In this document: piece by piece, positions 20,948 to 31,023 of the stretch | Layout of the letters: the number at the start of each line of letters is the position of its first letter | How positions within the stretch are numbered: position 1 is the first letter of the stretch | NCBI GenBank assembly: GCA_965218095.1 | Contig: OZ244587.1 | Location: 640,001 to 704,000, forward strand | From: Candidatus Poribacteria bacterium | GTDB lineage: Bacteria; Poribacteria; WGA-4E; PCPOR2b | DNA: 64,000 nt | Reading direction: 5' to 3' | Program-made: the position numbers and the translations under genes | The notes under the pieces: generated by a model | Databases searched by the model: none | What the model was told of the DNA's origin: nothing | What the model saw: the letters and a program-made list of their open reading frames with translations, nothing else

Positions 20948-21556
20948 ATGATGCCAGACCTGGACGATGAATTGATGAAACAATGTCAACAAGGGAATAT
21001 GGAGGCGTTTGATCTGATCGTGCGCCGGAATCGCGCCTCTTTGGTGAGCTTCATCGCCCGGTTATTAGGCAATCAGGACGCTGCTGAAGACTTGGCACAG
21101 GAGACATTTGTTCGTATGTTCAAAGCAATCAAGCGATACAGATCCGGTGCAGCAAAATTCAGCACTTGGATGTATCACATTGCCTCCAATCTTTGCAAAA
21201 ATGAACGACGAAACCGGGGACGACGCGGTCGGTTCTTCGTCGATAGTGTTAACACTGAAGAGCGCTTCGGTCAAGATCAAGGCAGCGAAGATTTGATTGC
21301 AACGGCCCCCGCGCATGTCTCCCTACAACCTGAAAACCAACTTGAACAGAAAGAGCGGGAACACACCGTGCAAAGTGCGATTTCGAAACTCCCTGAGCGA
21401 TACAGGCTGCCACTGATTCTTCGTGATCTACAAGACTTGAGTTATGAAGAAATCAGCGATAGTTTGAACCTTCCGCTCGGAACGACAAAGTCGCGCATTA
21501 ACCGAGCACGGCTCATGCTAAAAGATAAATTGAAGAGTTTTATGGAGTTATCATGA
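20948..21556 (+). CDS. ECF RNA polymerase sigma factor (RpoE/SigW-like)
   Basis: AEDLAQETF, FSTWMYHIASN, LSYEEI...GTTKSRINRAR. Confidence 0.95.
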   Translation: MMPDLDDELMKQCQQGNMEAFDLIVRRNRASLVSFIARLLGNQDAAEDLAQETFVRMFKAIKRYRSGAAKFSTWMYHIASNLCKNERRNRGRRGRFFVDSVNTEERFGQDQGSEDLIATAPAHVSLQPENQLEQKEREHTVQSAISKLPERYRLPLILRDLQDLSYEEISDSLNLPLGTTKSRINRARLMLKDKLKSFMELS

Positions 21557-22179
21557 ACTGCTTAAAAGCTGAAGAACAGTTCTCTGCATATCTTGAAGAC
21601 GAATTAAACTACCAAACAGTAAAGGCGTTTGAGACGCATCTCGCAGACTGCGAGCAATGTCACCGTGAGTTTACGCTATTTAGCGAATCATTAGATCTGC
21701 TGCATCAGTTACCACAGATCGAACCATCGGCGGAATTCGATATCGACTTGCGAAGCCGTCTTGCAAATACCCAGGTTGAGTTAATTTCCTTCTGGCATCG
21801 TGTGTTGAATTCCTTACGTGCTCAACCGGCTTGGGCATTGAGTGGAGTTGTAACCCTGCTTGTGATGTTCGCAGGTATTTATCTTTATCAGAATATATTT
21901 GTCAAATCGCCTCCGTTTGAAGTCGCTATTGAGCCAAATACTCCATCAACTCGCATACGTCATGTACCACTCGCGGAGGTTCGCAGCAATGAACTGTGGC
22001 AGGGTGAATTGCCTTTAGCGGTCCCTAACCTGGATCTGCAATCTCTGGTCAAGTTCCCAGAATTCCCGGCGTTTGACGCACAGCCGATGCGTAGAAGACA
22101 GGAACCGCGGCGGATGGAACAGAACTATATTTTGCAAACGATTAACTACACAGAAGCCCCTACAGGCGGAGGCTTGTAA
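21553..22179 (+). CDS. zf-HC2 (ZAS) membrane anti-sigma factor
   Basis: MNC...HLADCEQC plus one TM helix; overlaps the sigma stop codon. Confidence 0.9.
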   Translation: MNCLKAEEQFSAYLEDELNYQTVKAFETHLADCEQCHREFTLFSESLDLLHQLPQIEPSAEFDIDLRSRLANTQVELISFWHRVLNSLRAQPAWALSGVVTLLVMFAGIYLYQNIFVKSPPFEVAIEPNTPSTRIRHVPLAEVRSNELWQGELPLAVPNLDLQSLVKFPEFPAFDAQPMRRRQEPRRMEQNYILQTINYTEAPTGGGL

Positions 22180-22180
22180 G

Positions 22181-23371
22181 ATGCACAAAGAGACCTGGAT
22201 ACAAAATAAAGCATGCAAGGTGACCGTCAACAGTTCATTAATTCCAGCTTACCACATGTTGGCTGCTCTCGCTATTACACTGTTTTTGGCTTGCCTTTCC
22301 CCGCCGGTACTTGCAGAAGAAAGTGTACTTCAATTGATGGAGCGTGAGTTTCAAGCTATCGTCAAATCCGTGCAGCCGTTGGTCGTTGAGGTCGTCGCGA
22401 CATGTACAGTCACTACTCAAAAGATCACGAGGAGCAAAAGAGAATTGCTCGTTGACGATTTGACGAGCGTCCAATGTTACCAGAACATCGGATCCGGCAT
22501 TATCATTGATTCAGCCGGACACATCGTTACTACCGCTGCTGTTGTTGAAAACGCGGATGGGATTGAAGTGGTATTTGCAGATGGACAGCGCACACCGGCG
22601 ACGCTTCTCGGCATTGATACCTTGACGGACATTGCTGCACTTTCTGTCGAGAGCAATAGTATCCCACCGACAAAAATCGGAGATTCGGATCAGATTGATA
22701 CGGGATCCTGGGTGATCACGGTTGGTAGCTCTTACGGACACTCGCCAACGCTCTCTTTTGGGACTGTGAGTGGCTTAGAGATTTTACCAAATCGTCCATT
22801 TTACGATGCAATCAAGATCAACGCACCTGTGAATCCGGGCAATAGTGGGGGCGCGGTTGTCAATACGTCAGGAGAAATCGTCGGTGTCATCGCGGCAACT
22901 TTGGCTGAACCCTATTTCAAACAGATATCCCATCTGCTCGATCTGGCGCTTCCAGAATTTTCACGAGGGCAAGGCTCTATTCTGCACTCCGCAGCGCCGC
23001 AAGGACAAATCTGGATGAGAGGCGAAGTCAGCTTTGCCATCCCGATTAAGACGGTAAAACAGATTGCGGATCAATTAACTCGACATGGCAAAGTGCCTCG
23101 GGGTTGGCTTGGTGTTCGACTTGAACAAGAAAATGAGCGAACCACCGCTGCTGGTGTGCGTGTGACGGAAGTTTTAGAAGATACTTCCGCCCAGAGGGCT
23201 GGCATCAAACCCCAAGACGTTATCGTGGAATTTAACGGTAAGCCTATTCGTACATTTCTTGAACTCAAGAAGCTGGTTGCCAATTCCATTCCTGAGACCC
23301 ATGTCACGATTAAAATTCGGCGAGATGGACAACTTCTTCAACGAGATGTCGTGCTTGGCGAATGGGAGTAA
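22181..23371 (+). CDS. HtrA/DegP-like trypsin-PDZ protein lacking the catalytic His
   Basis: GSGIII, TDIA, NPGNSGG and C-terminal PDZ (GWLGV); TTAAVV in place of TNxHVV. Confidence 0.9.
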   Translation: MHKETWIQNKACKVTVNSSLIPAYHMLAALAITLFLACLSPPVLAEESVLQLMEREFQAIVKSVQPLVVEVVATCTVTTQKITRSKRELLVDDLTSVQCYQNIGSGIIIDSAGHIVTTAAVVENADGIEVVFADGQRTPATLLGIDTLTDIAALSVESNSIPPTKIGDSDQIDTGSWVITVGSSYGHSPTLSFGTVSGLEILPNRPFYDAIKINAPVNPGNSGGAVVNTSGEIVGVIAATLAEPYFKQISHLLDLALPEFSRGQGSILHSAAPQGQIWMRGEVSFAIPIKTVKQIADQLTRHGKVPRGWLGVRLEQENERTTAAGVRVTEVLEDTSAQRAGIKPQDVIVEFNGKPIRTFLELKKLVANSIPETHVTIKIRRDGQLLQRDVVLGEWE

Positions 23372-23487
23372 CCGCACTTTTTTCATCTACCCCTCGTGCT
23401 ATGCCCTCCCCTCACTTCCTTAAATCCTTTCGGCTGTTAATTCTCTACCCCTCCCCATTTCTTCATCAGCCGGGTTAAGAATTTCCT

Positions 23488-23516
23488 TTGACAACCCCTC
23501 AACAATCTGTTACAAT
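23488..23516 (+). promoter_or_regulatory. Sigma70 promoter of the riboswitch leader
   Basis: TTGACA-17 nt-TACAAT. Confidence 0.8.
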
Positions 23517-23567
23517 TAGCAACGTATCAAACGAAGCGGAAGAAGCATCCAAAACTGAATACTTGTC

Positions 23568-23745
23568 GATTCAGGCGCCGGCAATCAATAGCGATTGTTG
23601 GAGAATAGGGAAGCGCGGTGAAAACCCGCCATGGCCCCGCCACTGTGAACGACGAAAAATCGTGTCCACAAAGCCACTGTCCCCGATAAATCGGGATGGG
23701 AAGGCGGACAACGAGTTGTCGTGAGTCAGGAGACCTGCCTGAATC
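23568..23745 (+). ncRNA. Cobalamin (AdoCbl) riboswitch
   Basis: P1 gattcaggc/gcctgaatc; conserved AATAGGGAA.CGGTG, GCCCCGCCACTGT, GCCACTG...GGGAAGGC, B12 box GAGTCAGGAGACCTGCC. Confidence 0.95.
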
Positions 23746-23824
23746 TGGTTTCGCATGGTAGCTTTCGCGGGAAGGCTGTGGAACGGCGCTCGTTTACCGA
23801 AACGTCGCGGCGGTATGAATAACG

Positions 23825-23860
23825 CCCCAGTTTTCTATGTGAAAGCTGGGGTTTTTTGTT
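23825..23860 (+). terminator. Intrinsic terminator/attenuator of the riboswitch expression platform
   Basis: ccccagttttc-tatgt-gaaagctgggg followed by a T run. Confidence 0.8.
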
Positions 23861-23952
23861 TTGTGTGTCTGAAAACTCAAATTTTTTGTACGGGATGGGA
23901 AGCGCAAGTAATTTTCAAAAAGAGAGTAATAGACTTAATGGTTCGTGGTGAG

Positions 23953-24068
23953 GTCTCTAGCGTAGCGAGATCGCGTATAGCGGGACGATTCATCTGCCTG
24001 TGCCGAAGGCAGACAGGTCGCCGTCCCAAACGCGCAATTGCCCCTGATCCATCGGGGGCAATTGCGCG
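23953..24068. repeat. Cluster of REP-like palindromes
   Basis: gtctctagcgtagcgagatc (exact inverted copy at 4913-4932); hairpin cgcgcaattgcccc...ggggcaattgcgcg. Confidence 0.7.
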
Positions 24069-24147
24069 ACTACAAACAGAATGTAAAGTTTAATCCTGAA
24101 AATTACTTACAACTCATCACACCATCAACAAAAGGGAGGTCAGGTTA

Positions 24148-25860
24148 ATGAATATACGCAAAACCACATTCATATTTGTCGCTGCAATTTTGATACTTAT
24201 CACATTCACTGTTTTAGCCCAGGAGGGCGTTCAAAATCTTGCGGTTGTCGTCAACGTCTTAGAGAACCCAGATCTTGGAATTTCCACATCCCTCTCCATT
24301 ATTGATCTGGATGAACCCGACATTGAGAAGGCCGTCGAGAATGAAATCATTCCGCTCGGATCAGTGCCAAGCGACATTCAGATTCGAGGAGATCGCGGGT
24401 ATGTTGTCAACACGTTCAGCAACAACGTGCAGATCATCGATCTGAGGAATAGAGTCAGCCTTGGGGAGATTCCGATCGGCGATGACACGCAGCCGCAGCA
24501 GATCGCCTTTATCGATTCATCCAAAGCGTATGTCACGTGTAATGGTACCAATGAAATCGGAGTTGTGGACCTGGAGGAACAAAGGGTAATCAGTATCATC
24601 GCCGGTGGACTGAAGCCTACAGGGATAACAGTTCTCAACGGAAAGGCTTACGTGACGAACTCAGCATTTGTCGTTGATCTAATCTCTTTTGAAGTCACAT
24701 ATCAGGATAGCAGCGTCACGGTGATTGATACGCAGACGGATGCCGTCTTGAAGACAATCCCTGTGCCAACAAACGCGACAGGCATCACAAACGACGGCGA
24801 GTCTAAAGTCCTTGTGCTGTCGGCAGGTGACTTCAAGCTCATTCAAGGCGAACTCGTGATTATTGATGCAAATACCGATGTAGTTGAAAAGACCGTCGAG
24901 CTCAAAACAACGCCGGGGTTTTCACTTGTCATTAATGGTGCGAAACGCATTTTTTTTATGAAGGGTGGTTTTTTCCCAAGCGAAGGATTGCTCGTTTACG
25001 ATCTGACGACCGGCAAGTGGATTCATGATCGAAACGATGCGCTTGCAGATTTCGCTGGCGGGTCAGGATTAGCGGTCGATCAGAACAATAACGTGTATGT
25101 TGCGATTCCAGATTGGACGGGTGGAAGGCTGGATGAGTTGCGTGTGATGGGGCCCGATGAAACCCTGATAAAAACCTATCGTGTTGGACCGGGGGCATCT
25201 ATTGTCGCGATTGCGCGGATTTATCCAATCGAGATTGTCCGAACTGATGTGAACCAGGACGGCGGTGTCGATATCTTCGATCTTGTTCTTGTTGGCAGTA
25301 ACTTCACTAAAACAGGTGTGGGAATCCAGGGCGATGTCAATGAAGATGGGATTGTCGATCTTTTTGATCTTGTCCGCGTTGCTAAGTATCTCGGAAAAAA
25401 TGTATCCGCCGCACCGGCTGCAAGTCTGCCACGCAGTGTAATGCCTGACGACAAACCCATCCGACGTGCCATCGCTGCGCTAGAATCGTTTCCCGATCAA
25501 TCTCCCATCATTCGCTTGATTACAAATCTCCTGCGTGCGTATGTCACAAACGTTACGCCGACCGTGACGGAGACTGAGTTGTTTGCAAACTACCCAAATC
25601 CATTCAACCCGGAGACATGGATTCCTTTCCAACTCTCCGATGGGAATCAGATCGTCATTCGGATTTATGATCAGTCTGGCCAATTGGTTCGCACGCTCGA
25701 TCTCGGATACCGACGGGCCGGACAGTATCTTACTCGATCGGAGGCGGCTTTTTGGAATGGAAGAAATGAGACCGGTGAGCGTGTGACAAGCGGCGTTTAC
25801 TTCTACCAATTGCTCGCTGACCGCTTTACCACCACGCGCAAGATGGTGATTCTCAAATAG
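24148..25860 (+). CDS. Secreted YncE/BtuG-like beta-propeller + dockerin-like repeats + C-terminal FlgD-Ig/sorting domain; putative B12-binding protein
   Basis: Signal peptide; YVxN..VxVID propeller blades; two DVNxDGxVDxFDL repeats; NYPNPFNPETWIPF...RKMVILK; follows the B12 riboswitch. Confidence 0.8.
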   Translation: MNIRKTTFIFVAAILILITFTVLAQEGVQNLAVVVNVLENPDLGISTSLSIIDLDEPDIEKAVENEIIPLGSVPSDIQIRGDRGYVVNTFSNNVQIIDLRNRVSLGEIPIGDDTQPQQIAFIDSSKAYVTCNGTNEIGVVDLEEQRVISIIAGGLKPTGITVLNGKAYVTNSAFVVDLISFEVTYQDSSVTVIDTQTDAVLKTIPVPTNATGITNDGESKVLVLSAGDFKLIQGELVIIDANTDVVEKTVELKTTPGFSLVINGAKRIFFMKGGFFPSEGLLVYDLTTGKWIHDRNDALADFAGGSGLAVDQNNNVYVAIPDWTGGRLDELRVMGPDETLIKTYRVGPGASIVAIARIYPIEIVRTDVNQDGGVDIFDLVLVGSNFTKTGVGIQGDVNEDGIVDLFDLVRVAKYLGKNVSAAPAASLPRSVMPDDKPIRRAIAALESFPDQSPIIRLITNLLRAYVTNVTPTVTETELFANYPNPFNPETWIPFQLSDGNQIVIRIYDQSGQLVRTLDLGYRRAGQYLTRSEAAFWNGRNETGERVTSGVYFYQLLADRFTTTRKMVILK

Positions 25861-25911
25861 TATCAAATGACCAGATGATGGTAATTCACGTCAGCTATAA
25901 ATTGAGGTTTC

Positions 25912-28062
25912 ATGATGATTCGGCTCAAGTTTGGAAGAAAAGGAAGGAGGTGCCTGCATCCCAATCGGAGATCGGGGAAAGAAAAGGGAGGGACAGAAGA
26001 CGCTTCCTTTACGTTTTACGCTTTCCGTTTTATGTTTCACGCAGCACTTCTGATCTGTTTGCTGACTTTCTTAATCAGTTGCTCGCAGGAAAGTGAGAAA
26101 CGAGCCCCGATTTCATGGAATGTCACCTTTTTTCCGCTCGGTGCAAAAATCCACTTTGACCCCACCGTTCGAGAGCCGGTGCAACAAATCCGTGTGTTCG
26201 ATACAGATGGTAGATCGGTTGCTCAATTAGATCTCGGGGGATACCTACGTCGCATGGAGTTGCTCTATTTCCGATGGGAAAAAGGGGGGATGTATCGGTT
26301 TGAAGTGACGTGTACTAACGGGGAATTGACTACCAGAGTTGCCCAGGCGCCTCAAATCCATCCACGTGGTTCGATCGAGATTGCCATTCCGTATGGCGCT
26401 GTGCAGGCGGACAGACCTATTGGTGTTGTCGGTACAGGGTTTAATCCTGCGCCAACAGCCTCGGTGGACAGCGCCGCAGATTCATCGCAGAAAGCATCAC
26501 TGGTGCCCCAAGGCAGCGAAATGACTGCAACAGTGCTGATCCGGAACGGTTTGGCGGCGCCTGTTACGTTTCATGTCGTGCTTCAGATTCCACCATCAAT
26601 TCAAGTGCTGTGCCCGCCCCCAATCTGGGATAGAAATGATGACCTAACCCCCCGGCTCCCTTCCTCCGCTACGCGAGAGTCCAAATACCTACAAGGGAAG
26701 GGGGAGAAGGACGGGGCTGAGGAAACCACACTCGTTGCATGGGGGAAATCCGCGGTCGAATCAGAAGTCTGGTATAGCCAATTGAACTTAAAAATTCCAG
26801 ATGAACAGCTTCCCGCTTCCACGCAGATCAGCGCGACTGTTTTCTTCAAGGATGCGCCAGGAGACCGGTGGGAGCGGAAGGTGACTGTCCCATTGCGCTC
26901 TGCAACCATCGACGAAATCGCTGGACGACTCTCGATTGCGGACGTTATCATGCCGGCGGACGCCAAAGGCGTGTCCGATCCCCGCCAACGTCCGGACGCC
27001 ATTTCTTATCCTCGTCCACTGTTGGGAGGATTAGGCAGATGGTTCGGAGCAAAAGAAGGTCATGTGAACGAATTCCAACCCGTCACATACCAAACGGTAC
27101 ACATTCACAATCGGGGGCAGGAGACTGTTCACGTTATTGTCGCCTCGCTGAACCGTGATCTAAAGCGTGAGGAGCCGGTTTCTTTCCTCGCACCCCCTGA
27201 CGCTATCAACGCTGGCACGAATCGCAGCCTCGCGTTCGTCAGCTTGACGGGAGAAAGCGCCACCGCTGTCCCGTTGCCAATCTACTTCAACCCGGCGTCC
27301 GTGCATACAGCGCAGCTAGATTTTATCGGCGCCGGACGTTATGAACGCGCAATTGAGGTGAAGATTTGGGGCAGCGATGCAACGGTACTTCACGCTGCGC
27401 GCCCACTGCTTATCATGACGCCCAATCTGCACGCGTTGCTCGTTACCTGCCTTGTTCTTGTCGCCACGAGTTTGGGAGGCGGCTTATTGCTCCGTTTTCA
27501 TCAACGGTTATTTAGCCACCTTTCGACCAAACAACTGATCATCATTTCCCTGTTCGGCGCGACGATCTTCATCGTCGTCAGCGTCCCATCGACGCTGCTT
27601 GCTAATCTGATTTCTGCGCTGCTTGGTCCAATCGCGTTTCTGATCACCGGATTGATTAACGAAATGCTATACTATGCTTTGCTTACATCGCTGCTGATGC
27701 TCATCCCCAAATCTGGGGCGATTACCCTCGTTTCGGCAGTCCGATTACTGTTGGGGAGTATTATGCTTGGATTATTCACACCTGCCGCACTGCTCTACAC
27801 CGGCACAAGCGTACTGCTGCTAGAAGCAGGTTTTCAGATTTCACGGAGAGGGACGAATCTGCTGCTCTTACCGTTCATATTCGGCATCTGCGACGCCCTC
27901 GCTGTCTACGTTGATTTCCAATTGAGCATGACGCTCTACCGTCTTTTCTACGCAGATTGGTATATCCTGACACGAATCTTCGTTGATGGGTTTACTTATA
28001 CGTTTATCGGTGTGCTTTTGGGAAGGCGGTTAGGTTGGGGGTTATGGCGGGTTGCGGACTGA
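25912..28062 (+). CDS. Putative lipoprotein with a large soluble region and C-terminal multi-TM domain (ECF S-component-like)
   Basis: Lipobox LISC after a hydrophobic stretch; about 6-7 C-terminal TM helices (LIPKSGAITL motif); co-oriented in the riboswitch operon. Confidence 0.6.
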   Translation: MMIRLKFGRKGRRCLHPNRRSGKEKGGTEDASFTFYAFRFMFHAALLICLLTFLISCSQESEKRAPISWNVTFFPLGAKIHFDPTVREPVQQIRVFDTDGRSVAQLDLGGYLRRMELLYFRWEKGGMYRFEVTCTNGELTTRVAQAPQIHPRGSIEIAIPYGAVQADRPIGVVGTGFNPAPTASVDSAADSSQKASLVPQGSEMTATVLIRNGLAAPVTFHVVLQIPPSIQVLCPPPIWDRNDDLTPRLPSSATRESKYLQGKGEKDGAEETTLVAWGKSAVESEVWYSQLNLKIPDEQLPASTQISATVFFKDAPGDRWERKVTVPLRSATIDEIAGRLSIADVIMPADAKGVSDPRQRPDAISYPRPLLGGLGRWFGAKEGHVNEFQPVTYQTVHIHNRGQETVHVIVASLNRDLKREEPVSFLAPPDAINAGTNRSLAFVSLTGESATAVPLPIYFNPASVHTAQLDFIGAGRYERAIEVKIWGSDATVLHAARPLLIMTPNLHALLVTCLVLVATSLGGGLLLRFHQRLFSHLSTKQLIIISLFGATIFIVVSVPSTLLANLISALLGPIAFLITGLINEMLYYALLTSLLMLIPKSGAITLVSAVRLLLGSIMLGLFTPAALLYTGTSVLLLEAGFQISRRGTNLLLLPFIFGICDALAVYVDFQLSMTLYRLFYADWYILTRIFVDGFTYTFIGVLLGRRLGWGLWRVAD

Positions 28063-28269
28063 AACGTGAGACGTGTGGTGATGAATCAGTTCATTATGCG
28101 TAAAATCACTGGAAACAGACAAGACAGACTCATCTTCCAGTCGTTGAACAAAGGCAGCACACTCGTCATGATAGGGTTCAGTACCATCAAAGTGGGGTTT
28201 GACGAAAGAGGTTTCCCAATAAATGATTGAATCAAGCGCATCCGTAAATGTACGGCGTTGGGCAGGCAT
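28042..28269 (-). pseudogene. PIN/VapC toxin fragment
   Basis: IIYWETSF...EPYHDECAAF..RLEDESVLSVSSDFTHNEL, then truncated; GGAGG RBS. Confidence 0.55.
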
Positions 28270-28600
28270 TACTCCTCCTCTACCTCATTGCCCCAGTAAT
28301 GCCCCCGCATCTCCAGTCAAATCTGTCGGCTGATTTCTGGGCCCATGTGTAAGCTGCCAGCGGATTGCTTAATAGCATTGTCCCAGTCTTTTTTTCATCT
28401 CTTCCGTGGTGGCTAAGTCCAGCCCCGTTTTTGAGAAGTTCTCGAATTTTTGGTGGTAGATCTTTTTAAGTGAACATTGCGGTTCCTCTTTCGATTTTCA
28501 GATTATAGCATATCCCCATGCGGAATGCAATCGTGAATCGACGAATCAGCGGATGAGCGCATCCGCAACACATTTCACATTTTATTGATGGAGAGATTTT

Positions 28601-30310
28601 ATGAAGACTCAGAGCTTACGATTAATCATGTTTTTTACCTTGTTGCTGTTTTTCCTTATATTAATCAATCCGGCTCACAGCGGAGAAGTGTACAAGGGAA
28701 GGGTTGTTGCCTTTGCAAGGCTTGGCATTGTGATAGAACTAGACAAAAGGATCCCAAAAGCGGAATTACCCAATTTCATTCAGTTTCTCGAATCTGAGGA
28801 CCCACACCGGACGCTTTTCGTCCATCAGATTAATGAAACTCGTTTTTTTGTCGAGTCCCATTGGGAACCAAATCAGTCTGACTCACGGGCATATCAGTGG
28901 GGGAATGGCAATCGATTTGAAATCAGTGCGACATCACCACTCAAACCGCGTCCACATCGCATCAGCACTGTCGAATTAGACGATTTACTGTCGCTGTTGG
29001 AGAATTTGCAACGCCCAGCGAAACCAACGACGATTGCCTTTTCCCTTGACGGAGAACAGCTTGCAATTGCAACTGATGCCGGACATCTGGCAATCATCAA
29101 TCCGCTCACAGAGAAGGTGATCTGGAAAACGCGCATCTCCGAAGGTTACGCCAAGCAGGTGACGTTCAGTCCGGATGGAAAGCGCTTTTACATCGGCGAA
29201 CAATCGGTGGATGGCTTCATCTACGGCTATGATTTGTCGAGCGCAAAGCCCAAGCTGCTGTGGAAATATCGCATGGCGGACGACATCGAGACTTCGGTGC
29301 CACAGAATCCGAACGATGTGTATGCGTGGGTGCAGTATCCGGGGACCTATCGCATCGCAGCAACGACGGAGGGCGATCTGCTTGTGGCAGGGAATCATTC
29401 GTGGAGGAAAGATGGGGTGAGCCTAAAAAAAGCGCAACTCTACCGTTTCGATGGAGAAACGGGGCATCTCCAATGGAAGTGGCCCCGCAATCGGGTACTC
29501 CCGATGATCATCAGTTGGTTTGATTATAGTCGTGATACGAAAACGGTCGCACTGCTTGCCTACAAGAGAAGGAGTAAGGAATCTGGACGATTCAAATCTG
29601 GAACGTTGTACGTGATTGATGGCAAGACAGGTGAAACGCGGTGGGAGTATACCTTCGAGCCACTCAAGCCGTACTTCGAGGAAGTGACATTCTGGCGAGG
29701 CGTCAGTGTCGCACCCGACGGTGGATTTATTAATGTTGCTACGGACGATGGGCGAGCGTTCATCTTCGATGCTACGAAACCAGAACCCATTTGGCAAACA
29801 AACCTCACAACGCCGCTTGAAGTCAGCGACATCCCAATCATCGCCACCAACGGAACAACCGGTGCCACCAATGACTTCTCGCTCTTTGTGACCGGCGATA
29901 CTTTTATTCCGTATCACTTGCAGAAAGGCGCCCAACAGCCGCCCTCCGCCCATCCGAATGGAATGATCCTGTTTGCTTACGCATGGGCAGGAAAGAAGGT
30001 CTGGCAGTGGGAGTTGGAAAATATGCCACAGGGCTTGCGGGTTGATACGGCGGGACGATATGCAGTTGTCAGCGTCTCCAAGCGCAGTGGAAATATTGAG
30101 GAGCAACTTCATGGCGTCTCTGTCTTTGACCTCACCGCACAGGGCGGGGGACTTTCTAAATACCTCTATACCTATCGAACAGAGGGGCAGCTCCCCTACG
30201 ATACCATCGACATTAGTGCGGACGGGCGGTTCATTGCCTTCATCGAAACGCCGATTGTAATGCTAGACGAAACAGTGCGTGGAAAGAACCGTGTGCATAT
30301 CATTCAGTAG
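28601..30310 (+). CDS. Secreted PQQ/WD40-like beta-propeller protein
   Basis: Signal peptide; FSLDGEQL, FSPDGKRF, DGETGHLQW, DGKTGETRW, ISADGRFI blades. Confidence 0.8.
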   Translation: MKTQSLRLIMFFTLLLFFLILINPAHSGEVYKGRVVAFARLGIVIELDKRIPKAELPNFIQFLESEDPHRTLFVHQINETRFFVESHWEPNQSDSRAYQWGNGNRFEISATSPLKPRPHRISTVELDDLLSLLENLQRPAKPTTIAFSLDGEQLAIATDAGHLAIINPLTEKVIWKTRISEGYAKQVTFSPDGKRFYIGEQSVDGFIYGYDLSSAKPKLLWKYRMADDIETSVPQNPNDVYAWVQYPGTYRIAATTEGDLLVAGNHSWRKDGVSLKKAQLYRFDGETGHLQWKWPRNRVLPMIISWFDYSRDTKTVALLAYKRRSKESGRFKSGTLYVIDGKTGETRWEYTFEPLKPYFEEVTFWRGVSVAPDGGFINVATDDGRAFIFDATKPEPIWQTNLTTPLEVSDIPIIATNGTTGATNDFSLFVTGDTFIPYHLQKGAQQPPSAHPNGMILFAYAWAGKKVWQWELENMPQGLRVDTAGRYAVVSVSKRSGNIEEQLHGVSVFDLTAQGGGLSKYLYTYRTEGQLPYDTIDISADGRFIAFIETPIVMLDETVRGKNRVHIIQ

Positions 30311-30552
30311 CAGAATATCGGCAAGCGTGTCGGCGGTGTTTTTGCTTTAATTGCCGCCACTTTCACAATCTCGTCATCCTCTATCAAGACGCACAGCACA
30401 CTGACATAATGGTTTGAAATCAAAGATTCAGTCATAGCAACGATCCATTCTTTGCTAGGTCAGATATGTAAATTCTACACCCCTTGTAGAGACTACACCC
30501 TCACCAACTAGCACTAAAGGTTGATAACCTCGAATATCTGCTTAAAGACTGT

Positions 30553-30960
30553 TTGACAGTGGCTCGACCAATTCTTGAACAGCGAAAGCTGGCATTTGCC
30601 GAATATGAGGTCAATGTGGTTGGCAACAATATTCGGTCGCTTCGTGAAGAATTAGGACTGACTCGCGAAGAGGTCGCTAACAATGCGCCTCACCTTACAG
30701 TGGAGATCCTTCGTCACATTGAAGAATCTGTCAATCGCGTTTCTAATCCAAGTCTAATTCAGTTCCGGGAAATCGCTACCATCTTGAAGACAACCGTTGC
30801 AGATTTGGTCGAGCCGGATCTGAACGAGCGATTAATGGCTATCCTTCAGGATTGGATGACTGGAAGGCGGGCGGCTCGCTTTCCAGGTCTCAGCATTAAA
30901 GATCGGAATAAACGACTTCGTCGATTGCTGCTTCGAGTGATTGATTCCTTGGAAGTATAG
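30553..30960 (+). CDS. XRE-family HTH protein (N-terminus possibly truncated)
   Basis: GNNIRSLREELGLTREEVA...IEES...NPSL...IATILKTTVADL. Confidence 0.65.
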   Translation: MTVARPILEQRKLAFAEYEVNVVGNNIRSLREELGLTREEVANNAPHLTVEILRHIEESVNRVSNPSLIQFREIATILKTTVADLVEPDLNERLMAILQDWMTGRRAARFPGLSIKDRNKRLRRLLLRVIDSLEV

Positions 30961-31023
30961 AATAAGAAACCTATGAGATTGCCGAACCCTGAAAGAAGCA
31001 ACTCAGAAATCAAGATCTAGCCT

